64,000 bases of DNA. Origin: Mobula hypostoma (lineage: Eukaryota). The notes under the pieces were generated by a model, which was not told the DNA's origin, did no database searches, and was given only the letters and a program-made list of their open reading frames with translations. The position numbers and the translations under genes are program-made. Positions 11,379 through 24,666 of the stretch are shown here, piece after piece (within the stretch, counting starts at the first letter, position 1; each line of letters starts with the position of its first letter). The stretch lies in assembly GCF_963921235.1 (NCBI RefSeq), contig NC_086097.1, positions 170,006,001-170,070,000 of the forward strand, in the 5' to 3' direction.

Positions 11379-11872
11379 AAAGGAATTGTCAAAGTTTCAG
11401 GCTGAAATCTTGCACCCAGACCCATGATAAAATTCACTATTATCAGACTAATGAGATGATGTTAGAAGATGAAGATCCAAATCCCAGTTTAAAGAACTCT
11501 GAGGCAGCAACACTGGATGCTATTCCAGACGACATGACCGAGGGACAATTTTCTTTCACATCTTGAAATTATCACTATTCAATGGAACAGAATCTGCGTT
11601 CAAACTTCAGAGCTGACTTTTCCTGCTGAACTTTGGAAAAAAAAACCTTAATTCCTTGTTGAAAACGCAAAGAACGTTTGAATTTTCCATTCTTGCCTGA
11701 AGTGATCAAATCTAAACCTAAATCATTCCTCCATTCCTTAGTGTTATCTCTGCAGGACCAGAAAACTGCATGTACTGTTGAGAGTTATCAGACAGCAAGT
11801 GGCCGTGACTGCATGAAGGTTGAGTAGGTTTGGCTTCTAGCCATGAGGGCTGTTGGAAAAATGATTTATAAA

Positions 11873-12462
11873 TAGTGGATTCTGGATATTTGGGCCATGG
11901 GATAATCGGGACAGTCACTTATTTGTGACAACTCTCAAAGAGTAAAAACTAATCAAAAAAATAGCTTCGATTCTCTTCATTTATTTGGGACACTATCTCC
12001 CTTAATTGGATCAGGAGATTGTTGCTGAACAGTTTCTAATTAGCATTAGACACTTGCATTTGTGTGGCTGTTAGATACTACACTGTGCTCAGAGAGAACA
12101 GTTTTTAAGTAGCATCAGTTGTGTGTGCTTGTGTTCAAAAAGCAGTGATTGTAACTAACAGTTGGTGAGAAATAAGCAGTTGAGAAATGAGCAATAAGAC
12201 AATTTAGAACTGTTTTGCTCACTGCTGCTTCAGGCATTGAGGCTTGGAGATGCCAGAAATGGCTGGGAGTGAAAATGAAGCAATTTCACTACTTCATCAA
12301 GTTAGGAATTATGAAGGCATCGTTAATCATATTGAATGTTAAATGGTAGTTTGTCTTTTATACCTTTTTAACTATTTCCGTGAAACTTCGGCTAATTGGG
12401 AAGCTGCATAATTAGGGAAAATGTGCTGGTCCTGATGTGTCCCACTTAATGGGAATTCACTG
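11873..12462. mobile_element. Non-autonomous Tigger/pogo-like DNA transposon
   Basis: Imperfect terminal inverted repeats TAGTGGATTCTGGATATTTGGG...CCCACTTAATGGGAATTCACTG. Internal AACTGTTTTGCTCACTGC encodes NCFAHC, resembling the end of a pogo DDE domain. Confidence 0.55.
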
Positions 12463-12644
12463 TGTCTCCAACGCCTTGCAGCCTTATTTACTTCTATTTT
12501 TATTTAGGCCCTTCCTATTCTGCACTGTATATATATTTATCGTTTATATACAGTGTTTAATATAGTATTGATACATTTAAGCAATAGTATAAACAATAAA
12601 TGTTGATATGTTTATAATATTTTAACATTTGAACTGAAGTTCTC

Positions 12645-12900
12645 CCAGGGGGTCAGTGAACAGAGCTCTGCCTCAGAGTTCTAGAGGCCGAGGTTCAATC
12701 CTGTTTGTGTTGAGTTTGTGCTTTCTCCCTGTAACTGTCTGGGTTTCTGTCCGGGTGCTCTGGATTCCTCCCACATCCTAAAGATGTTGGAAAGTTAATT
12801 TCTCTTTGTAAATTGCCCCTAGTGTGTAGGACCAGTGTAAATGGCTTCCGGATAATTGGTGCAGACTAGGTGAGGCTAAGAATGTGTTTCTAGCACAATG
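12645..12900 (+). mobile_element. V-SINE-like element
   Basis: B-box GGTTCAATCC followed by V-domain GAGTTTGTGCTTTCTCCCTGT...GGGTGCTCTGGATTCCTCCCACATCCTAAAGATG. Confidence 0.7.
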
Positions 12901-12904
12901 AAAA

Positions 12905-13960
12905 TTGACATTTAGCATCAGGTGCATTTCTGACAGAAGTCGAAAGTAAACAGTATAAAGCTACTGGTGCGTCATGAGTAATGAGACCTGGGTGGTAGCA
13001 GGGAGTTCAGTAGTCTCACAGCCTGAGGGAAGAAGCTAGTTCCCACCCTAACAGTCTTTGTCCTAGTGCTACTGTACCTTCTGCCTGATGATAAAGGATC
13101 AAAGAGATTATGGGATGGAAGGGAGGGATCCTTGACGATGCTAAGGGCCCTATGTACGCAGTGATCCTGATAAGTATCTCTGATGGGTGGAAGAGAGACC
13201 CCAGTGATCCTCTTAGCAGTGTTTGCAATCTGTTGTAGGGTCTTGCGATCAGATACCTTGCAATTTCCATAGCAGACAGTGACGTAGGTCCTTCTCAATG
13301 GTGCAGGAAGTCGAGGCTCTGCTGTGCTTTCTTGACTAAAGAGGTTGTGTTGAGAAACCTGGTGAGATCATTATGTGCACTCGCAGAAACTTAGTGCTCT
13401 GAATTCTTTTCAGGGAGGAGTCAATTATGTGCATTGAGAGGTCAGCCTGCAGATTCCTCAAGTCCACAATCGTCAGTTTAGACTTGTTCATATTGAGGCT
13501 CAAGTTGTTGCGTTCACACCATTCTAAAAGCCAGTCTGCCTCCTCTCTGTACCCTGTCGCATTGCCGTTGATGAGGCCAACCACTGTTGTGTCATCAGTG
13601 AACCTGACGATTCGATTTGCGCTGGATCTAGCAGTACCGTTATATATCAGCAGCCCTGGGAGGCACTGGTGTTTAATGTGATGGAGCTAGAGATGTCTCT
13701 GCCAGTCTGAGTGTGGTCTTTGTGTCAAGAAGTCCAAGATCTATTTGCAGAGAGTGCCATTTGAGACCCAGTGAGGACAGATTACCCACCAGCTTCTGAG
13801 GGACGATCATATTAAATGCTGAGATGAAGTTGATAAATAGCATGAGGCACCACTTTTCAGGGGGGACAGGACAAAGTGGAGGGCACAGGCTATGGCATCA
13901 TCAGTAGATTGATTTGAGAAAAACAGCCAACCAGAAAGGGTTCAATGTAGCAGAAAGATG
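12905..13960 (-). mobile_element. Rex1/Babar fragment
   Basis: ORFs 12972-13298 (DPLSSGRRYSSTRTKT..SFFPQAVRLLN) and 13336-13584 (WCERNNLSLN). Confidence 0.85.
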
Positions 13961-14769
13961 AAATTTAAAGCAGTGCATGGAGAATAAAGATGTAAAAATA
14001 TCCTTTTAATTAAGGTCAGAAAACCATTCAATTGAATAGGTTGTGCAAGTTGCAAGTTCATAATAAGTAGATTATGAGTACAGGAGTTCATCTTATTGTA
14101 CACAAGGTCCATTCAAGAGCCTGAAAACAGTAGGATAGAAACTGGCCTTGAGCCTGCTGGCTTTTGTATCTTCTGCCTGATAGGTGGGTAGAAGAGTAAA
14201 TGACCAGAGTGGGTGGGGTCTTTGATTATGCTGGCTACTTTACCAAGGCAGCAAGTATAGAAAGAGTCTTTGAAAAAAAATGCAGCTCCTTCATTTACAC
14301 CCACTACTCCTGTTACTTGTTCCTTGATAAGGAGAACAAAATCCAAGAACTTGCATTAATCAGGACTCGGAGACTAATGAGCTGTTCAGGAAATGAGCTC
14401 TTACCAGAATTATTAATTAATCTCTGATTGTATCACAGTTTGCTCAGAACTTAAATTACATTATACAATTAAAATCCTTGTTAATATTCATCTGCCTTTG
14501 ATCAAGCAGAATTCGATGCTGCCATATTTCAGATGCAAAAGGCAGCCCAGTTCCCTGAAAAAGAATGCGGGCTTAGAATGTTATTGCGTAATTCTGGGAG
14601 ACCTTTTGGACTGAAAGTCTGTAATACAACTTAGTTTTTAAAATAAATAATTGGTACACCTAGATTTTTTTTGATGGACTAGTTGTGTGTGACTAGAAGT
14701 GAAGGGTAATTAGAGCAAGAAGGAAACAAGGATGAACAGGTGAAGTTTTGCCAATTTTCTGTCTCTCCA

Positions 14770-15110
14770 ATCCCTTGGCACCAATGACTATACCTTGTTT
14801 CATTTCTCTGGAGTCTGAGGTGTCTGAAAGGACACATTTAAGATCCAAAGGCTCTCCCACAGGTTAGGAAAGAAGGCAGATTTCTTAGGAGGTGTTGCCC
14901 TGTTCTGTGAGTTTTGGTTTCCCTTGACATTGAGCTGTTGTTGTCCAGGGATTTCCACAAGTCAGTGAGGATGTTAGATTTCTTAAAGGAGACTTTGAGA
15001 ATATCCTTGAAGCGTTTTCTCAACCTTCCTTGAAATTCTTTGCTGTTAGGGAGTTTATAGAGTGGCCATTTCTGGGGTCTATTGTAGATCGCTGGACAAT
15101 ATAGTCTGTC
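14770..15110 (-). mobile_element. RTE-clade LINE 3' fragment
   Basis: RKRFKDILKVSFKKSNILTDLWKSL resembles the RTE ORF C-terminal KR(Y/F)KD.LK..LK...I....WE.LA motif. Confidence 0.55.
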
Positions 15111-15114
15111 ATTA

Positions 15115-15418
15115 AGGACATCTTAAGAAGCCGTGCCTCAAGAAACTGGCATCCATCATTCGTGACCCTCTGGGACTTGCCCTCATCTCATTACTACCAC
15201 TGGGGAAGAGTACAGGAAGTTACATGATTTAGCACCAGGTCTGCCATCAAAATTATGAACAGTTCATGAAACCGTGAAGGCTACCTTGTCATCCTTTCAT
15301 TTTGCACTATTTAATTATTTTGTAATTTGTTGTAATATTATGAATTTGTGCCATACTTCTCCCACAAAACAACACATTTCATGTCATACAAGACTGTGAT
15401 AATAAATCTGATTCTGAA
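15115..15418 (+). mobile_element. Rex1/Babar 3' end
   Basis: GCATCCATCATTCGTGACCC region and AATAAATCTGATTCTGA tail. Confidence 0.7.
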
Positions 15419-15434
15419 AGGTTTTACATACACA

Positions 15435-17590
15435 GCATAACACATAGGAGAGGAGTAGTCCATCAAGTCTTCTCTGCCTTTTGATTTCTTTTCCCACTCA
15501 ATCCCATTCTCCTGCCTTCTTCCTGTAAACTTTGATGCCCATACTAATGAAGAACCTCTCAGCCTTCACTTTAAGTAGACAAAGATTTATTGTAAAAGTA
15601 TGTATGCAGTATACAACCTTGAGATTTGTTTTTCCCAGACAGGTTCAGAACACAAAAAGCTATGAAACCTGTTCAGGTAAAAAAACCATCAAACTCCCAA
15701 TATGCAACAAAAGAACAAATCATGCAAACAGTAAAAAAAGAGTGAAAAACAAAGAATATAAGACACCAAACCACAAACTTATCAAAGGAGCCCAGGCATA
15801 TTCAGTACAGCTCAGTTCAGCCTAACCCAGTGCTGGGCTATCTGCAGGCTGCAAATCTAGTCGGCCCGATCAAAATCGCATAAAAATAGCAATATAAAAG
15901 GAGCGACCAGAAACCAGAAACCTATCATAACATAAACTACTGAGTCAAAAACGTGAACCACATTCATTAAACCTTGCCAAAGACCCAGGACTCCAGCACC
16001 ATCTTCTGGCAGCATCGAGCGAAAAGAAGGGAGAGACCATTTGTACCAGTCGATTGGCCTTCAGGGCCATCTGTTGCAATGAATTCCACAGATTCACTAC
16101 CCTCTGGCTACAAAGATTCCTCCTCACTTCTGTTCTAAAGCGACATACATCTATTCTGAGGCTGTGCCATCTGGTCCTAAACTCTCTATTGGGAACATCC
16201 TCTTCATGTCCACTCTGTCTAGGCCTTTCAATATTTGGTAATCTCAGTGAGATTCCCCTCAGTCTTTTAAACTCCAGCAAATACCACCCAGAGCCATCAA
16301 ATGCTCTTAAGTTAGCCCCTTCATTCCTAGGATCATTCTTGTAAACCTTCTTTGCACCCTTTCCAGTGCCAGCACATCCTTTCTTAGATATGGAGCCCAA
16401 AACTACTCACCAATGACCAATGCCTTATAAAGCCTCTGAACTATATTCTTGTTTTTATATTCTAGTCCTCTCAAAATCAATGTGAACATTGCATTTGGCA
16501 CCCTTACTACTGACTCAGCTTGCAATTAACCTTTAGGGAATCCTGCACGAGGACTCTGAAGCCCCTTGGCATCTTTTGTTTCAGACTTCTCTCCTTATTT
16601 AGAAAATAGTGTAAATCTTTATTTCTTCGACTGAGGTGCAAAAAAGCATCAACACCATTATGCAGATCATTAAAATCTACTGGAACTTGAAAAGCAGCAG
16701 AATGAACACCAATGCTTTGGAATACCAATACACGTAGTTACCGTCAGCCATACAGAAGAGTCCACCTTTGTTCCCACTTTTTGCCTTCTGCCAGTCAGCC
16801 AATCTTTTGACTATGCTAGTATCTTTCCTGTAATATCAGGGGCTCTCATTTTGCTTAACAGCCACATGTACAGTATGGCACTTTGTCAAAGGCCTTCTGA
16901 AAATCCAAGTGAATAACATCCACTGTCTATACTGCCTGTTATTTCCTCAAAGAATTCTAACAACAATGTCTGGCTAGATTTCTCCTGAAAGAAGCCATGC
17001 TGATTTCTGTCTATTTTATCATGTTCCTCCAAGCACCCCAAAGCCTCATCTTTAAAAATGGACTGTAACATGTTATTAACCACTGAAGTCAGGCTAACTG
17101 ACTATAGTTTCCTGTCTTCTGTCTTACTCCCTTAAGGAGTAGACTGACATTTGCAATTTTCTAGTCTGTCAGAACCATTCCAGAGTTGAGTGATTCTTGA
17201 AAGATCACTATTAACACCTTCGCAATCTCTACGTCTACCCCTGGGGTGCGGTCCGTCTGGTCCAGGTGACCTATCTATCTTTAGACCTTTCAGCTTTATA
17301 AACACCTCTCCTTAGTAATAGCAACTACACTTATTTAATCCCATTGACAGGCTTGAACTTCTGGCATCTTGCTGGTGTCTTCCATAGTCAATTCTGATGT
17401 AAAATACTTATTCAGTTTGTCTCCCTTTACTGTACTACCTCTCCAGCATCATTTTTCAGCAGTCCAATATCCACTCTCACCTGTCTCTGAAAAAAATTCT
17501 TCTATATTATTGGCTAGCTTATCTTCATATTTCATCTTTTCTCTTCTTATATCTTCTTTAGTTACCTTCTATTGGTATCTCAAAAGGTCA
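15435..17590 (-). mobile_element. CR1 LINE, 5'-truncated and degraded, interrupted at ~15575-16045
   Basis: Peptides EHDKIDRNQHGF, LLEFFEEIT and EVRRNLCSQRVVNLWNSL; 3' tail at ~15435-15570. Confidence 0.8.
15575..16045 (-). mobile_element. Unclassified short insertion with a Rex1-like 3' tail
   Basis: Interrupts the CR1 3' region. The 15575-15700 end resembles the minus-strand Rex1 tails at ~29900 and ~58585. The body is non-coding. Confidence 0.4.
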
Positions 17591-18134
17591 TAAAATGCAC
17601 ATCTTTCTTTATTTATAATGAAGTAAAATTGTCTAATTAAGGCTTCAGCCAGTCACTTATCTCAAACAGTTACTGCTAAGGTTCATTAAAATGTTAACTT
17701 TCTCCTCTCTGCTACAGTGAATCAAATATAAGGTTGCTCATGTCAGTTTCAAGTGAATAGTGATCACTTAACACCCTTTTGCAAATTAACCAGAGTTCAA
17801 ATAAATTCAGAAATCACTCAAGTGTAATTTGAGTGAACTATCATCTGAACTTTGAGATTAGACTACCTTAATGTTTGGTATCAATTGTCTCAACGCATAT
17901 TTTGATTCATTCCTGGTACCATTAGTCACCGATGCTTCAGTTGTTAATGACTTTAAACACAGGAGCTTAATGATCACACTACCTTACTCCAGGTTAATTG
18001 ATGAATTAACTATGATATTCAATCTCTAGTGTATGTTTGAACTTTGCAACAACCAGTAACTTTCCTTGGTTTTATTAAGACCCTTCATCAAACTTTTAGA
18101 CAGAAGGTCAATTACTCAGATTTGGGGACAATTT

Positions 18135-18828
18135 TAGAACATTCAGCATTGAAAAGTACAGAACAGGAAAATGCCCTTCAACTAATAATGTTGTGCTGAG
18201 CTAATTAAACTAGTAATTAAATGCTTAATTGAACTATTCTCTTCTGCCTGCACAATGGCCATATCCCACCATTCTCTATGCATTCATGAGCCTATCTAAG
18301 GACCTCTGAATACACCTTTTGAATTTGCCTCCACTGCCAATTTAGGTAAAGTGCTTCAGGCATGAACCATTCTGTCAAAAACTTGCCCTGCGCATGTCAG
18401 TACTTCCTTTCACCTGAAATGCATGCCCTCTAGTGTTAGATATTTTGACCCTGGGAGAAAGATAGATATCAACTGTATATCAATGTGTCTCGTTTCTTTC
18501 AGGTTTCCTCTCAGCTTTTGCTGCTCTAGAGAAAGTAACCCAAGTTTGTCCAAACACTCCTTAGAGCACATGCATTCGAACCCAGGCAGCAACCTGGTAA
18601 ACATCTTCTGCGCCCTCTCCAAAGCCTCAATGCCTTTCCTGTAATGAGGTGAACAGAATTGAATGTAATAGTCCAGATGTGGCCTAATTAATTTAATAAA
18701 CTCACAACATAACTTTTTGAATCTTGAACTTACTGCCTTGATTAACAAAGGCAAGCATGTGATATGCCTTCATTACTATCATGTCAAACAGTACGGCCAT
18801 GTTTAGGGAGGTATGAACTTGGATACCA
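18135..18828 (-). mobile_element. CR1 3' fragment
   Basis: ORF 18410-18754: LIRPHLDYYIQFCSPHYRKGIEALERAQKMFTRLLPG. Confidence 0.85.
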
Positions 18829-18829
18829 G

Positions 18830-21805
18830 TATTGATTTGAAGCAAGAAGGCTGGAAGTGGAACGGCTAAGGATTTTCGGAGTGAAGGCATTTTACTACTC
18901 GGGGTAAAAGGGAGGCAAGACTGCGCAGGCTCATGACATCAGCCAGTAGAGCGGGAAAAGTTTAAGAAGAAGACTGCCATATCCAGTGGGCAGCAGAGTG
19001 AGAGGTAGCAGAGTGGTAGGGGTTTGGCTCAATGGGCTTAGGCAGTAACGAGGCGAGGTAGGTTTACCTGTGTTAATTGCGCAAAGGAAGTAGTATGTGT
19101 GTGAGGCCGGTTTTCTGTGCTCAGTGTCAGATGTAGGAAGTCCCGGAGTCTCCCAGCCTCCCGGACGGCCATATCTGCACCTGGTGTGTCGAGCTGCAGC
19201 TCCTAAGGGACCGCGTCAGGGAACTGGAGCTGCAGCTTGATGACCTTCACCTGGTCTGGGAGAGTGAGGAGGTGATAGAAAGGAGTTGTAGGCAGGTGAT
19301 CACACTGGGGTCATGGAGACAGACAAGTGGGTAACAGTCAGGAGAGGGAAGGGGAAGAGTGAGGTACTAGAGAGTATCCCTGTGGCTGTTCCCTGAACAA
19401 TAAGTACTCCTGTTTGAGTACTGTTGGGGAGGACAGTCTACCTGGGGTAAGCAACAGTGGCCGTGCCTCTGGCACAGAGCCCGGGCCTGTGGCTCAGAAG
19501 GGTAGGGAAAGGAAGAGGAAGGCAGTAGTGATAGGGGACTATATAGTTAGGGGGACAGGCGGGTGATTCTGTGGATGCAGGAAAGAAACTAGGATGGTAG
19601 TTTGCCTCCCGGGTGCCAGGGTCCGGGATGTTTCAGATCGCGTCCATGATATCCTGCAGTGGGAGGGAGAACAGCCAAAGGTCATGGTACATATTGGTAC
19701 CAACGACATAGGTAGGAAAAGGGAAGAGGTCCTGAAAAAAGACTATGGGGAGTTAGGAAGGAAGTTGAGAAGCAGGACCGCAAAGGTAGTCATCTTGGGA
19801 TTATTGCCTGTGCCATGCAACAATGAGTATAGGAATAGAATGAGGTGGAGGATAGATGCGTGGCTGACGGATTGGAGTAGGGGGCAGGAATTTAGAGTCA
19901 TTGGGACCTCTTTTGGGGCAGGTGTGACCTGTACAAAAAGGATGGATTGCACTTGAATCCCAGGGGGACCAATATCCTGGCGGGGAGGTTTGCTAAGGCT
20001 ACTGGGGAGAGTTTAAACTAGAATTGTTGGGGGGTGGTAACTGAACTGAAGAGACTGGGGAAGAGGCGGTTGGCTCACAAATAGAGAACGTTTGGAGACA
20101 GTGTGTGAGGGAGGATAGGCAGGTGATAGAGAAGGGACGCACTCAGGCGGATGGTTTGAGATGTGTCTATTTTAATTCAAGGAATATTATGAACAAAGCG
20201 GATGAGCTTAGAGTGTGGATCAGTACTTGGAGCTATGATGTGGTGGCCATTACAGAGACTTGGATGGCTCAGGGACAGGAATGGTTACTTCAAGTGCCGG
20301 GTTTTAGATGTTTCAGAAAGGACAGGGAGGGAGGCAAAAGAGGTGGGGGCATGGCACTGTTGATCAGAGATAGTGTCACGGCTGCAGAAAAGGTGGATGT
20401 CATCGAGGGATTGTCTACGGAGTCTCTGTGGGTGGAGGTTAGGAACAAGAAGGGGTCAATAACTTTACTAGGTGTTTTTTATAGGCTGCCCAATAGTAAC
20501 AGGGATATTGAGGAGCAGATAGGGAAACATATCCTGGAATAGTGTAATAATAACAGAGTTGTTGTGATGGGAAATTTTAACTGCTCTAATTTCGATTGGC
20601 ATCTCCCTAGAGCAAGGGGTTTAGATGGGGTGGAGTTTGTTAGGTGTGTTCAGGAATGTTTCTTGATGCAATATGTAGATAAGCCTACAAGAGGAGAGAC
20701 TGTACTTAATTTGGTATTGGGAAATGAATACCTAGTCAGGTGTCTGATCTCTCAAAGGAGAGCATTTTGGAGATAGCGGTCATAATTCTATCTCCTTTAC
20801 AATAGCATTGGAGAGAGATAGGAGCAGACAAGTTAGAAAAGCATTTAATTGGAGTAAGGGGAATTATGAGTCTATCAGGCAGGAACTTGGAAGCTTAAAT
20901 TGGGAACAGATGTTCTCAGGGAAATGTACAGAAGAAATGTGGCAAATGTTCAGGGGATATTTGTGTGGAGTTCTGCATAGGTACGTTCCAATGAGACAGG
21001 GAAGTTATGGTAGGGTACAGGAAGCATGGTGTACAAAGGCTGTAATAAATCTAGTCAAGAAGAAAAGAAAAGCTTACAAAAGGTTCAAAGAGCTAGGTAA
21101 TGTTAGAAATCTAGAAGATTATAAGACCAACAGGAAGGAGCTTAAGAAGGAAATTAGGAGAGCCAGAAGGGGCCATGAGAAGGCCTTGGCGGGCAGGATT
21201 AAGGAAAACCCCAAGGCATTCCACAAGTATATGAAGAGCAAGAGGATAAGACGTGAAAGAATAGGACCTATCAAGTGTGACAGTGGGAAAATATGTATGG
21301 AACTGGAGGAAATAGTAGAGGTACTTAATGAATACTTTGCTTCAGTATTCACTATGGAAAAGGATCTTGGTGATTTTAGTGATGACTTGCAGCAGACTGA
21401 AAAGCTTGAGCATGTAGATATTAAGGAAGAGGATGTGCTGGAGCTTTTGGAAAGCATCAAGTTGGATAAGTCACCGGGACCAGATGAGATGTACCCCAGG
21501 CTACTGTAGGAGGTGAAGGAGGAGATTGCTGATCCTCTGGCAATGATCTTTGCATCATCAATAGGGACGGGAGAGGTTCTGGAGGATTGGAGGATTGCGG
21601 ATGTTGTTCCTTTATTCAAGAAAGGGAGTAGAGATAGCCCAGGAAATTATAGACCGGTGAGTCTTACTTCAATGGTTGGTAAGTTGATGGAGAAGATCCT
21701 GAGAGGCAGGATTTATGAACATTTGGAGAGGTATAATATGATTAGGAATAGTCAGCATGGCTTTGTCAAGGGCAGGTCATTCCTTACGAGCCTAATTGAA
21801 TTTTG
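18830..21805 (+). mobile_element. CR1 LINE with 5' UTR, ORF1 (zinc finger + SGNH esterase) and ORF2 (EN to start of RT); 3' part missing
   Basis: ORF1 motifs CLPGARVRDV and VHIGTNDIG, ending in GAGAGTTTAAACTAG (20021). ORF2 contains YFNSRNIMNKADEL, VAITETW, KSPGPDEMYPR, NYRPVSLTS and SQHGF. Several stops and frameshifts. Confidence 0.9.
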
Positions 21806-22532
21806 ACTGAAGAAAGTTCCCTTCATGTTGCCCTTAAACTTTTCACCTTTCACCCTTAACCAATGACCTCTGGTTGTGGTCTCACCCAACCTCAGTCTGC
21901 TTGCATTAACCCTTTCTATACCCCTCATAATTTTGTAAACTACTATCAAATCTCTTCTCAGTCTTCTATGTTCTGAGGAATACAGTCCTAACCTATTCAA
22001 TCTTTCCTTATAACTCAGGTCCTCCAGACATGGGAAATTTTCTCTGTACTGTTTCAATCTTGTTTACATCTTTCTTGTAGGTAGGGGACCAAATCTGCAA
22101 ACAATACTCCAAATCGGGCCTCACCAATGTCTTATACAACTTTAGCATAACATCCCATCTGATGTACTCAATAACAGTGATGTAAGAGGGCCATAAGATT
22201 ATAAGACATAGGAACAGAATTTGGCCTTTCAGCCCATCAAGTCTACTCCGCCATTCATCATGGCTGATTCTGGATCCCACTCAACGCCATACACCCGCCT
22301 TCTCGTCATATCCTTTGATGGCCCAACCAATCAGGAAATGATCAAATTCCGCCTTAAATATATGCATGGACTTGGCCTCCTCCACAGTCTGAGGCAGAGC
22401 ATTCCATAGATTTACTACTCTCTGGCTAAAAATATTCCTCCTTTCCTCTTTTCCAAAGGGTCGCCCCTCAATTTTGAGGCTGTGCCCTCTAGTTCTGGAT
22501 ACCCTTGCCATATGAAACGTCCTCTCCACATC
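21806..22532 (-). mobile_element. Two CR1 3' fragments in opposite orientation to the preceding copy
   Basis: LSYKERLNRLGLYS and LVRPDLEYCLQIWSP (21806-22175), then a second 3' end with a TCTTAT tail at ~22190-22210. Confidence 0.8.
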
Positions 22533-23000
22533 TCTAACTTCTGCTAATGCCCCACCTCCCCTTTGTACCCCATCCCTTATTAATTAATTAATTGTCTTTC
22601 CCCTTTTTTTCTCTCTTTTTTCTCCCTCTGTCCCTCTCACTATAACTCCTTGCCCATCCTCTGTTTTTTTTTTCCCACCCCTTCCTCTTTCTTTCTCCCT
22701 AGGCCTCCCGTCCCATGATCCTCTCCCTTCTCCAGCTTCGTATCCCTTTTGCCAATCAACTTTCCAGCTCTTAGCTCCATACTTCCCCCTCCTGTCTTCT
22801 CCTATCATTTCAGATCTCCCCCTCCCCCTCCCACTTTCAAATCTCTTACTATCTCTTCTTTCAGTTAGTCCTGACAAAGGGTCTTGGCCTGAAACGTCGA
22901 CTGTACCTCTTCCTATAGATGCTGCCTGGCCTGTTGCATTCCACCAGCATTTTTTGTGTGTGTTGCTTGAATTTCCAGCATCTGCAGATTTCCTCGTGTT
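22533..23000 (+). mobile_element. Penelope-like 3' end with mutated hammerhead (22867-22902)
   Basis: Close to 2895-3308. The core reads CTGACAA instead of CTGACGA. Confidence 0.8.
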
Positions 23001-23001
23001 A

Positions 23002-23103
23002 GCATGGGCAACTGCTGGTCTTCCATACAACCTTGCCCAGGCCTGCGCCCTGGAAGCCTTCCAAGGTGCAAATCCATGGTCTCATGAGACTAACGGATGC
23101 CTG
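23002..23103 (+). mobile_element. 3' fragment related to the element at 3870-4451
   Basis: CATGGGCAAC..TGCCCAGGCCTGC..ATCCATGGTC..GCCT aligns by eye to the reverse complement of 3870-3970. Confidence 0.45.
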
Positions 23104-23714
23104 AAAAGTTTGTAGATGGAAGAGACATTAAAGCTGATAAATTATACAAGAAAACACAAATCTAAATTAAGAATATTTAAAATAAAAGGTGCAGCTCGCT
23201 GATTGCTTGAAATCCTAAAGAGCTTCTTGAATAATGAAGCTATGAAAAAGAAGTCTTCCTGCTGGACTCAAGGAGTTCATCAGTGTGACTGAGACCTATT
23301 TAAAGTTCACACATTTATAAACAGGGAGGTCTACTTGGGGTGAGTGTTGAATCTTACTGTCCACTTTGCCTGTATTTGCTATTGAAAGATATCATACTAT
23401 TGAATGACGAAGTCAAAAAGCACAGAAACAGGCTCTTCAACCCATTATGTCATTGTCAAACATCAAGTACCCATCTATACCTATTATCAAGGACAGACTG
23501 AAGGACAGATTCTACCACTGTTATAATCCCTTAGAATGGACCTCTTGATAAATACTGTAAACATGAACAATTGATCTCTCAAGTTACCTTGCTTGGCCCT
23601 TGCACCTCATCTGTCTACCTGCACTGGACTTTCTCTGTCCCTGTAACAATATTCTGCATTATGTTATTGTTTTTACTTTTGTACTACCTCAATGTGCTCA
23701 CATATGGAATGATC

Positions 23715-24666
23715 GCGTGCGCTGGTCGTGCATGCAGCCTGTTACAGCCATTCCAGACCAGTATTCTTACTTTTTTCTTCTTACTTCTTAACTTACGTTA
23801 TGTTTTGTATTTTTTTTTTGCACGGTAACATGTCGAAGCTGCACCCTCTCTAACATGCTGGTAGAGAGAGTTTTATTTGGGTTTTTAGTGCTGGAAATAT
23901 TTACATTCCGACACGTCTCATTAGCAGGGCAGCAGTATGGTTGCATATAAGCTGATTGAGCTTATGCCGGCCGGTTTAGTGAGCAGAGCGGCGGACACCT
24001 CTGCTAAAGTCTGGAGGAAAACACACAGAGGATACAGAGGGGGATCACTAAGTCGAGGAAAGAGGACCGGGTCGAGACAACAGAGACTTATGGAGAAGAG
24101 GAGTTCAGTGGGTAATAAAGTGGACGAGTTCACAGTGCTAGTCAGGCATCAGAGAACATTTCAGGAGTGCAGTGTTATGTGTTTCACTGGGAAGCATGAG
24201 GACATACCCGATCAAAAATTCTCCATGGATGGCTTCCAGACCGTTCAGGCTGACCGGAAGTGCACTGAGGGCAGTAGGCGTAAAGGAGTTGGGTGCTTAC
24301 TGTTCTGGTTAACAACAGATGGTGCAATCCGGGTCATATTACAATCGGGGAACGTGTTTGTAGACTGGATATTGAACTTTTTACTGTTGGACTTCGGCCA
24401 TATTCCACCGAGATACAACACTGGGCGGCACGGGAGGTCGTTCCTGCCTGTGGCCATCGAACTTTGCAGCTCCTCCCGTGGAGGGTCAGACACCCTGAGT
24501 CAATAGACTGATCCTGGACTTATTTTCCATCTGGCATAGTTTGCATTTTGTTGTTTGATTGTTTGTGGTTTTTGTATTGCTATATTTATGCTCTATTCTT
24601 GGTTGGTGTGGCTGTAACGAAACCCAATTTCCCTCAGGATCAATAAAGTATATCTATCTACCTATC
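23715..24666 (+). mobile_element. Internally deleted Rex1/Babar-group LINE (5' UTR + EN N-terminus fused to 3' end)
   Basis: EN peptides SVGNKVDEF..RTFQECSVMCFT and VNNRWCNPGHIT..DIELFTVGLRPY join at ~24403 to the terminal RYNTGRHGRSFLPVAIEL. The (TATC)n tail ends at 24666. The insert sits inside an older Rex1 3' UTR (~23490-23714 / 24667-24745). Confidence 0.75.
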
